DNA from: an uncultured Sphingosinicella sp.
Lineage (GTDB): Bacteria > Pseudomonadota > Alphaproteobacteria > Sphingomonadales > Sphingomonadaceae
Assembly (NCBI GenBank): GCA_964404245.1
Contig: CAYOJN010000001.1
Span: 1-45,488, forward strand
Direction: 5' to 3'
Length of the DNA stretch: 45,488 nucleotides
This document shows, piece by piece, positions 38,764 through 45,488 of this stretch. Position numbers and translations under genes: made by a program. The notes beneath the pieces were generated by a model. That model ran no database searches. It saw nothing but the letters and a program-made list of their open reading frames with translations, and was not told the origin of the DNA. Positions within the stretch are counted from its first letter, which is position 1, and every line of letters starts with the position of its first letter.

Positions 38764-38788
38764 AAGCCTGGCTTGAGGTGATCGACGG

Positions 38789-39778
38789 ATGAACCTGCAC
38801 TACGATCTCGTTCCCTATTCGGAGGAAATCAGGGACGCCTATGTCGAGCTCCTGCCCGAACAGGAGCTGGACGTCGCCCGCGGCAAACTGGAATGGAAGT
38901 TCCGTGATTCGCCCAAGGGGTCGGGGATGGTCGCGGTCGCCCGCGACGGAAAGCGTATTTTGGGCCTCAATGGTTTCATGAGCGCGCCTTTCGTCGTGGA
39001 TGGCCGAAAGACGATCGGTTTCCAGTCTATGGACACGATCGTCAGCCCACAGGCCCGCGGCCAGGGTGTTTTCAGCCGTCTTCTGAACGTCTTCTATGAG
39101 CGCGCCGACGCCTCACTCATCTATGGCTTTCCCAACGCCAATTCGTCCCCTGCCTTCTTCGGAAAGCTCGGCTGGACCCGCTTCGATCAGGTCCCGATGC
39201 TGTTCCGGCCACTCCGGACCGGTTTCCTTGCCCGGCGCTTCGCGCGTTTCCTGCCCGATATCCGAGTACCGCTCACCAGCAAGCGGATGCCCGGTGCACG
39301 GACGATCCAGCGCTTCGACGAGGATTCGACCAGGGCGTGGCACGCATTTTCCGCCGGGATCCGATGCGCCGTTGATCGGGATTGCGACTTCCTCAACTGG
39401 CGGCTGGCCGACCATCCCTCCGAAACCTATTCGATCCTGGCCGCTGACGGGGCTTTCGTGGCAAGCAATGTCGCCGACAAGCATGGCGCCAGGATCGGCT
39501 ATCTGATGGAAGCGATCGGTCCGAATTCGGTGCTTCCGGGACTGATCGGCGAGGCGCTTCACCGCCTCCGCAACGATGGGGCGGAACTCGCTCTGGCCTG
39601 GTGTCTTCCCGGTTCGCCCAATTATCGCGCCTATCGCCGGGCCGGTTTCTATCCCTTCCCGACTCGCCTCCGGCCGATCATGCTCAATTTCGGAGCGCGT
39701 CCGATCAGAGGCGATCCAGACGTGATCACCGATCCGAAAAGCTGGTATATCAGCTACCTGGATTCGGATACGGCCTGA
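38789..39778 (+). CDS. GNAT-family N-acyltransferase (double-GNAT length)
   Basis: WKF..SP, DTIVSPQARGQGVF (acyl-CoA motif A), YGFPN..S...F..LGW and FLNWR. Confidence 0.85.
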   Translation: MNLHYDLVPYSEEIRDAYVELLPEQELDVARGKLEWKFRDSPKGSGMVAVARDGKRILGLNGFMSAPFVVDGRKTIGFQSMDTIVSPQARGQGVFSRLLNVFYERADASLIYGFPNANSSPAFFGKLGWTRFDQVPMLFRPLRTGFLARRFARFLPDIRVPLTSKRMPGARTIQRFDEDSTRAWHAFSAGIRCAVDRDCDFLNWRLADHPSETYSILAADGAFVASNVADKHGARIGYLMEAIGPNSVLPGLIGEALHRLRNDGAELALAWCLPGSPNYRAYRRAGFYPFPTRLRPIMLNFGARPIRGDPDVITDPKSWYISYLDSDTA

Positions 39779-39848
39779 CCTTGACCGTCCCAAGCCGCCA
39801 AGTCGGGCTTCCGCTGAACCGTTCCACGACCCTGCAGGCGCGACCCCG

Positions 39849-40982
39849 TTGAAGATCATCCTCCTCATTCGTTCGCTCGACGTCGGTGGAGCCGAGCGTC
39901 AGCTCGTCGAACTCGCCAAGGGGCTCGCCGGACGCGGGCACGAAGTGAAGGTCGCGCTCTTTTATGCTGGCGGGCCGCTTCATTCCGAATTGAAGGAGTC
40001 GGGGATCAGCACGGTCGACCTCGCCAAGAAGGGACGCTGGGACATCCTGTCGTTCGTCGGGAAACTTCTCCGTCTGATTCGAAGCGATTGCCCCGACATT
40101 CTCTACTGCTTCATGGGAACGCCCAATACGTTGGGTGCTTTCTTGAAGCCGTTGATCGGCCGGACCAGGCTCGTCTGGGGGGTTCGCGCGTCCGACATGG
40201 ACCTTGCCCGCTATGACCGCCTGGGCGACTATGCCTATCGGGTTGAATGCCGGCTTTCGCGCTTCGCCGATCTCATCATCGCCAATTCACGGGCCGGGGT
40301 CGAGCATGCGGTCAGGAACGGCTTTCCACGCGAACGAATGCAGATTGTTCCAAACGGGATCGATACCGCGCGATTCCGGCCTGACCCGGCCTTGAGATCC
40401 AGGTCCCGCCAGGCGTTCGGCCTGAAGACGGGAGAGCTGGCGATCGGGGTTCTTGCCCGGATCGATCCGATGAAGGATTATCCGAACTTCCTGCGGGCCG
40501 CTGCCCTGCTTTCCGTCCGCCATCGGAATCTTCGCTTTCTCTGTATCGGCGGAGGATCGGACGAGCAGGTTCGGGCGCTCGGTAATCTCGCCAGGGAATT
40601 GGGAATCGAGAGCGTCCTGCAGATTACTGGCCTCCAGGAGCCGGTGACTGCGCTCAATGCACTCGATATCAGCTGCTCCTCCTCCTCCAGCGAAGGCTTT
40701 TCGAACGCGGTCGGAGAAGCCATGGCGTGCGGTGTACCCTGCGTCGTCACCGACGTGGGCGATTCCGCCCTTATCATCGGCGACTCCGGGATCCTCGTTC
40801 CGGCGAGCGATCCGGAAGCCCTGGCCAGCGGGCTGGAAAGGATGATGGACCGGATCGGCGCGGAAGCTTCCGCCTCATGCAGGTCCAGGATCGAAAAGAA
40901 TTTCTCGATAGCCGCGATGGTCGACCGGACCCTTGCCCTGTTCGGGGAGGCGCTCTCCGGGCCCGACCGCGCCAGGGGTTGA
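39849..40982 (+). CDS. Glycosyltransferase family 4 (WbnK-like)
   Basis: LDVGGAERQL, IANS, VPNGID, AR..PMKD and EGFSNAVGEAMACGVPCVVTDVGD. TTG start. Confidence 0.93.
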   Translation: MKIILLIRSLDVGGAERQLVELAKGLAGRGHEVKVALFYAGGPLHSELKESGISTVDLAKKGRWDILSFVGKLLRLIRSDCPDILYCFMGTPNTLGAFLKPLIGRTRLVWGVRASDMDLARYDRLGDYAYRVECRLSRFADLIIANSRAGVEHAVRNGFPRERMQIVPNGIDTARFRPDPALRSRSRQAFGLKTGELAIGVLARIDPMKDYPNFLRAAALLSVRHRNLRFLCIGGGSDEQVRALGNLARELGIESVLQITGLQEPVTALNALDISCSSSSSEGFSNAVGEAMACGVPCVVTDVGDSALIIGDSGILVPASDPEALASGLERMMDRIGAEASASCRSRIEKNFSIAAMVDRTLALFGEALSGPDRARG

Positions 40983-41153
40983 TCGGCTCCGCTCGCCCTT
41001 TCGATGTCACGCTTCGTCGCCATCGCTTTGCGGTTCCGCCAAGGTGGATTAAAGAAAAGGTGGCGGTCGTGTGGCCGCTATTAACATTGAAATTATGAAA
41101 CTTCTCGCTCGCGCCCTGCGTTTGCGCTCCAAATAGTTTGAAGGAGCCGAAGT

Positions 41154-41423
41154 ATGGCGACGAACGTCCTAGAAGCCCGTGGAGGCAGCCTGGTACCGCC
41201 CCTGGCCCAGCGCGGCTATCATATCGTCTACCGTGATCATGAAACCAATTACTGCCCGGGTTGCGGGCGGACCCACTGGTATATCGGCCGGGTGATGGCC
41301 GAATGCGCTTTCTGCGCGACCGCCCTTCCGCTGGAGAGCGCTCCACTGGTTGCGGGTGGCCAGATCGTTCGAACGGTCCGTCGCTATCCGGTGACAACGG
41401 ATGATCATGCCTATGCGGCGTGA
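41154..41423 (+). CDS. Small zinc-ribbon-like hypothetical protein
   Basis: AAGGAG RBS; CPGC...HWYIGR..AECAFC gives two CxxC pairs. Confidence 0.75.
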   Translation: MATNVLEARGGSLVPPLAQRGYHIVYRDHETNYCPGCGRTHWYIGRVMAECAFCATALPLESAPLVAGGQIVRTVRRYPVTTDDHAYAA

Positions 41424-41498
41424 AGCCAACCCATTGCCGCGACCGCGGCAGTTCCGCCCCGACTGCGCTTGAGGTGCTGACGAGACAGGAGAGGCGGT

Positions 41499-41532
41499 AG
41501 GCGCCCGTCGGACAACCGGCGGGCGCCTTTTT
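41499..41532 (+). terminator. Rho-independent terminator
   Basis: AGGCGCCCGTCGG-ACAA-CCGGCGGGCGCCT (one G-U pair) followed by TTTT. Confidence 0.85.
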
Positions 41533-41588
41533 CTTCGTGGGCGGCGCTCGTTAACCGCTTCTTGGAAGCGCATCAGTATCGAAGGCGA

Positions 41589-42101
41589 ATGTCGCCTGCT
41601 GGTTCTCTGGCTCTTGCTGCGCTCGTTATCGCGGCCACTGTGCTGGTTGCACCGATGCTCGGGCCGGGGCCCCGGACTCATCCCGTTGACGCGGACCCGA
41701 CTGCGGAAGTTACGGAGACGAGGAAGAGGACGGCCGGGAATGGCCTTGCCAGCAGGGAGCTTGAGCGCTCTTCCGATGGCCGCTTTCACGCTTGGGTTCG
41801 AGTCAACGGTATCGAGATACGATTCCTGGTCGACACGGGAGCCAGTCTCGTGGCCCTGACATCCGCTGATGCTCGCAAGGTCGGCCTTGCTCCCGGGAAG
41901 GCGCGGTCGAAGGCCATGACCGCGGGCGGCGAGATCGAGATTGCGCCAGTGACGATCGAGCGCCTCGCGATCGGCCCGATCACCGCGGACAAGGTGGATG
42001 CAGCGATCGTCGAGGAGCTTCCGGTTTCGCTGCTCGGCCAGTCGTTCCTCGATCGACTGGAAAGCGTCCGGATCGAGGGCGATCGAATGATTTTGCGCTA
42101 G
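41589..42101 (+). CDS. Clan AA retropepsin-like aspartic protease (TIGR02281-like)
   Basis: N-terminal TM, DGRF...VNG, catalytic FLVDTGAS, TAGG flap and SLLGQSFL. Confidence 0.93.
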   Translation: MSPAGSLALAALVIAATVLVAPMLGPGPRTHPVDADPTAEVTETRKRTAGNGLASRELERSSDGRFHAWVRVNGIEIRFLVDTGASLVALTSADARKVGLAPGKARSKAMTAGGEIEIAPVTIERLAIGPITADKVDAAIVEELPVSLLGQSFLDRLESVRIEGDRMILR

Positions 42102-43060
42102 CGGCTTTCGCTTTCGCTCATCCGCCGGACCGGTACGTTGACGTTGCACAGATCCACTCCGCCTGCCGGCCGGTTGAAGAAATCGCCGCCGCGATTGGCG
42201 CGTCCGGTGACATAGAGAGTGAAGGCTTCGCTGTCGGAGCGCATGACCTGGAATCGGGGCCGCTCTGCAGCGGGAAGCTGGGACGCGAGCCGGACATGAG
42301 CAATCGGGACCGGCCTTTCGGCCTTCGTCTCGTCGTAAAAGCCGAGCGTCCCGGTCCCCCGCGGGCGTGCCGAGAGATGCGCAAGACCGTCGATGACACG
42401 GCCGACGGTGGCGATATTGCGATCGAGATGGCGAGGGGCATGGCCAATGACTGCATAGAGCTCGCCGCCGGTCCCGGTATCAGGCGCCAGGTCCCGGCCT
42501 ACCCCTACCGCGCCATAGCAATGGGTGAGCCAGGCCTCGCCACGTTCAGGGTCGTAAGCGACAGGCCAACCGTCGACGTGACCGACCATGGGCGCATAAC
42601 TGTCCGGAAAGCCGAGCGGCCGGATCGACAATCCCTGGAGCGGGCGTTCATATTCGGCCGGTGGCGAAGCGACGACGCCCGACGGCAGCGGCCGGTCCCC
42701 CTCATTATTGCCCCATTGGGCGACGTAATTCTCCTGAAGCCGGTAGACGCTCGCGCCGTCCCACCAGCCGCCGCGAGCCAATGCCCGGATATTCGCTACA
42801 TGGACGGGGGCGAAAGCCGGTGCCAGTTCCACGAAGACCTTGCCGCCATCTTGAAGGGTCAGCACGAGAAGATTGTCCGACTCGATCTCGCGCCAGTCCG
42901 AAAGCGCCGAATCGGCGACGACCTGCGAAGGCTCGGCAGCGCCCTCGACGGGTGCCGGGCGCCAGAAGGTGTAGCGGGAGGAGGGCTCGACCGCCGTTTC
43001 CCGGGCTGGCGTCGAAGCACATCCGACAAGGAGGAGGGCGGCGAATAGGGCGAAGCGCAT
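42098..43060 (-). CDS. Cyclophilin-type peptidyl-prolyl isomerase, lipoprotein
   Basis: Lipobox LLVGC, ELAPAFAPVHVANI, YRLQENYVAQWG and RHLDRN...GRVIDG. True start ATG 43060. Confidence 0.88.
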   Translation of the reverse strand: MRFALFAALLLVGCASTPARETAVEPSSRYTFWRPAPVEGAAEPSQVVADSALSDWREIESDNLLVLTLQDGGKVFVELAPAFAPVHVANIRALARGGWWDGASVYRLQENYVAQWGNNEGDRPLPSGVVASPPAEYERPLQGLSIRPLGFPDSYAPMVGHVDGWPVAYDPERGEAWLTHCYGAVGVGRDLAPDTGTGGELYAVIGHAPRHLDRNIATVGRVIDGLAHLSARPRGTGTLGFYDETKAERPVPIAHVRLASQLPAAERPRFQVMRSDSEAFTLYVTGRANRGGDFFNRPAGGVDLCNVNVPVRRMSESESR

Positions 43061-43133
43061 GATCAATCCCCTTGTTGACGGGCCATCCTTCTCCCGCGAG
43101 CAGGCCGCAATCAAGGCCTGCTTTCCATGGTAT

Positions 43134-44186
43134 TCAGCGGCGGATCTCCCTGATCGAGTCGCCGGCAACCATGAACAACCGGGTCGGATCGCCAGCAGCG
43201 ATGACGAGCGGCCGCCTGGAGACGAGCGAGAGGAAGACATGAATCTCGGTCGGCAGCGGATCGAGCAGATGGGTGACCGCAATGGGTCCCGCCTGCGCGC
43301 CGTCGGGAACTTCGCCGATTTCGACGTTCAGGCAGCCATGGCTGAAGGCGCGCGATTCGGTAACCTCGCCTTCGGAGTCCACCGTCGATCGGTAGTGGCC
43401 GCCAAGCGGAACCTGGGCCGGCGATTCCTGGGCGCTGATCCGATAGACGAATACGGGTTCTTCAGGCGAAGCCGGCGGGACTGCGAGAACGTTGAACGGC
43501 TGGCCGGTACAGGCGCGCCGATCCTCCGATTCCGATGCGTCGGTCGCGGCTGCCATTCGCAGCGCCAGGCCGGTCAGCGGCGGTTTGTCGTCAGTCAGGA
43601 AGGTTTCACGCGAAACGCCGCGACCACCCAATATCCTCGACCGGTAGACGGCGACCGGGCCCTCGTCCTTTTCAGTATAGAAGGTCACGGCCATCGCATT
43701 GCCTTCCGGCTCAGCGACCCAGCCGGCGATCCCGGCGCCTTCGGGATCGGCCACCCTGCTCAGCATGTCCTGGGTTGCAAGCGACCCTGCCCGAGCGAGG
43801 GCAAAAAGCTGCCGCCCGCGCGCAACCGCCTGTTCCATACGACTTCGCTCCTCGCGGCTGAGCGGCGGCGGGGCAGCGGCCGGGCCAGCCGAAGAAGCCG
43901 GGGCAGGGGCGACGTCCGCTTCCGACGGTTCAGAATCGGCCTCCAGCCTTGGCGAAGCCGGGTCGTCCTCGGGTACGGCCGCAGCCCCTTCGGCTTCGGG
44001 TTCGGCAACGTCCCGTTCCTCGGCAGACGGCGAATCGCTCAGATCGTCCAGAGCGTCGGAAAGACCGGAAAGCCCACTCTCTTCACTCTCCTGCAATTCT
44101 GGAGCGTCGTCGGCTGGCGGCTGTGCGAAGGCAATGGCGGCAAGAGCCGCAACGGCGGCTCCGAGGCAATATCTGGTGAGACTCAT
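43134..44186 (-). CDS. Exported hypothetical protein with an acidic low-complexity N-terminal region
   Basis: Signal peptide, a long E/D/S/P/A tract, then a folded domain with GGHYR and THLLDPLPTEIHVF. Confidence 0.75.
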   Translation of the reverse strand: MSLTRYCLGAAVAALAAIAFAQPPADDAPELQESEESGLSGLSDALDDLSDSPSAEERDVAEPEAEGAAAVPEDDPASPRLEADSEPSEADVAPAPASSAGPAAAPPPLSREERSRMEQAVARGRQLFALARAGSLATQDMLSRVADPEGAGIAGWVAEPEGNAMAVTFYTEKDEGPVAVYRSRILGGRGVSRETFLTDDKPPLTGLALRMAAATDASESEDRRACTGQPFNVLAVPPASPEEPVFVYRISAQESPAQVPLGGHYRSTVDSEGEVTESRAFSHGCLNVEIGEVPDGAQAGPIAVTHLLDPLPTEIHVFLSLVSRRPLVIAAGDPTRLFMVAGDSIREIRR

Positions 44187-44251
44187 GGCGGCAGTCTTCC
44201 TTCGAGTGGATGGCCATGGGATGAACGCCATGGACCTTGCCTTCAATCCGG

Positions 44252-44911
44252 TCAGACCAGAAGCTTGCGCGCCTGAGCGATCCGGGCGTCTTCATCGTCC
44301 ACTCGAGGCGGAACTTCCAGGCCGCGCCGGACGGCGGGCCTGGAGGCGATCACGTCCATCCAGCGCTTCAGGTGATCGAGGCCGTCAATGCTCACTTCCG
44401 GCCAGTCATGGATCCTCGCCCAGCAGAAATTGGCAATATCGGCAATCGAAAAGTCGCCGGCCAGATATTCATGATCGGCGAGATGGCGGTCGAGTACCTC
44501 CAGCAGGCGCCGGCTCTCCCGCTGGTAGCGTTCGATCGCAGCCGGCAGTCGTTCCGGGAAATAGCGAGTGAAGACATTGGCCTGGCCCATCATCGGACCA
44601 AGGCCTCCCATCTGGAACATCAGCCACTGGACGACCCGGCTTCGACCCTTTTCATCGTCCGGAATGAGCCTGGCCTGTCGTTCAGCCAGATAAAGCATGA
44701 TGGCTCCGCTCTCGAAGATTGCAAAATCCTCATTGCCTCGGTCGACGATGGCCGGGATTCGCCCATTCGGATTGAGCTTCAGGAATCCCGGTTTCTTCTG
44801 CTCGCCAGCGGCGAGGTCGATCGAATGGACCCGATAGGGCAGCTCGAGTTCCTCGAGCGTGACCGAGACCTTGTGCCCGTTGGGGGTGGCGGCGGTGTAG
44901 AGATCGATCAT
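44252..44911 (-). CDS. Glutathione S-transferase (YfcG/YghU-like, Nu class)
   Basis: [41 protein letters not shown] and SIADIA. Confidence 0.93.
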   Translation of the reverse strand: MIDLYTAATPNGHKVSVTLEELELPYRVHSIDLAAGEQKKPGFLKLNPNGRIPAIVDRGNEDFAIFESGAIMLYLAERQARLIPDDEKGRSRVVQWLMFQMGGLGPMMGQANVFTRYFPERLPAAIERYQRESRRLLEVLDRHLADHEYLAGDFSIADIANFCWARIHDWPEVSIDGLDHLKRWMDVIASRPAVRRGLEVPPRVDDEDARIAQARKLLV

Positions 44912-45093
44912 CCGGAGTCCCTTTTCATCACCCTGGCCGGATCGCTGGCGACCGGCTGTGAGTCAATCGCCGATGCGGCGAGCCTGGCGGCCGCCCCCAC
45001 CAGTTGCGACCCGAACCCGCCCGGATCGGGGCAATAGGAATTTTGTAAACCTTCGCTGTCATTCTGGCCCGGCCATGGGGAGGGTGAGGTGAT

Positions 45094-45408
45094 ATGGCGA
45101 GTCGTGCAGTCGAACAGGAGCAGGTCGAGCGGGCGATGTCGTCGCCCCACTTCGTCGAGAAAAGGGCGGACACGCGTCATGAGGGCCTCGTCGAACAGGC
45201 CACCTTGCGCTTCCGGTCGCAGATCCTTCGAGTCGCGGTCGTGAACATCTCGAGCCGCGGCACCATGATCGAGAGCGAAATCTTGCCGCGCCTCGGTGAA
45301 AGCGTGACCATCCGCTTCGACGGTTGCAGCCCGCTCTACGCCTTTGTCCGATGGAGCCGCGACGGCCGGATCGGCCTCAATTTCGGGTGTGAGTTGACCA
45401 TCGGCTGA
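45094..45408 (+). CDS. Stand-alone PilZ-domain protein
   Basis: RxxxR (RADTR) and NxSxxG (NISSRG) motifs, plus VRW...RIGLNF. Confidence 0.85.
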   Translation: MASRAVEQEQVERAMSSPHFVEKRADTRHEGLVEQATLRFRSQILRVAVVNISSRGTMIESEILPRLGESVTIRFDGCSPLYAFVRWSRDGRIGLNFGCELTIG

Positions 45409-45432
45409 TCTGCCGGACACGCCGGCAGATCA
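45406..45432. terminator. Stem-loop at the end of the PilZ gene
   Basis: TGATCTGCCGG-ACACG-CCGGCAGATCA perfect 11-bp stem; no clear U-tract. Confidence 0.5.
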
Positions 45433-45488
45433 CTCGCCCGATGATCAATCCTCCCAGAAATAAGGCTGGCGCTGGCGATTGCCGGTGA

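Noticed and set aside
41477-41500. CTGACGA as a hammerhead or fluoride-riboswitch core, and GGCGGTAG as an ops element
   Set aside because: No downstream GAAA for a hammerhead and no GGNGAUGG 5' segment for the fluoride riboswitch. The ops-like 8-mer lacks the following TG and lies downstream of the glycan operon.
41589-42101. Retropepsin fold as a sign of a retroelement
   Set aside because: Ordinary bacterial TIGR02281-type protease; no reverse transcriptase or integrase nearby.
45445-45488. Possible 3' end of a minus-strand gene (...TGNRQRQPYFWED*)
   Set aside because: Only about 14 codons are visible at the window edge, which is not enough to support a call.

Overview
GC-rich alphaproteobacterial chromosomal segment. 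The gene content suggests Sphingomonadaceae, which is an inference. Left arm (1-10.9 kb): housekeeping and envelope genes, namely the 3' part of thiC, several exported or lipoprotein hypotheticals, an IalB-like protein, an outer-membrane beta-barrel, dnaN, rpoZ, an HxlR-type regulator divergent from a small secreted protein, spoT/rsh and kynA. Centre (about 11.3-41.0 kb): one large surface-glycan locus. It has Wza/Wzc, a Wzy-like polymerase, an O-antigen-ligase-like protein coupled to a TPR-like protein, and two different flippases (PglK-like ABC and MurJ/MviN-like). It also has a complete bacillosamine-type initiation set (PglF/E/D/C-like), three GT4s, a UDP-HexNAc dehydrogenase and a UDP-uronate epimerase. 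Tailoring enzymes include an AsnB-like amidotransferase, a TylF O-methyltransferase, a deacetylase, a GNAT and a Tat-exported beta-helix protein. The most unusual element is a pair of paralogous membrane-anchored J-domain (HPD) proteins inside the locus that share a C-terminal C-x15-C (LDYCLAFD) domain I do not recognise, next to a PPP-type phosphatase where Wzb would be expected. Right arm: a small Zn-ribbon protein, a structured leader with terminator, an aspartic protease, a cyclophilin, an exported hypothetical, a GST and a PilZ protein. I saw no rRNA, tRNA, CRISPR array or mobile element. All calls come from motif reading by eye; no database searches were run.
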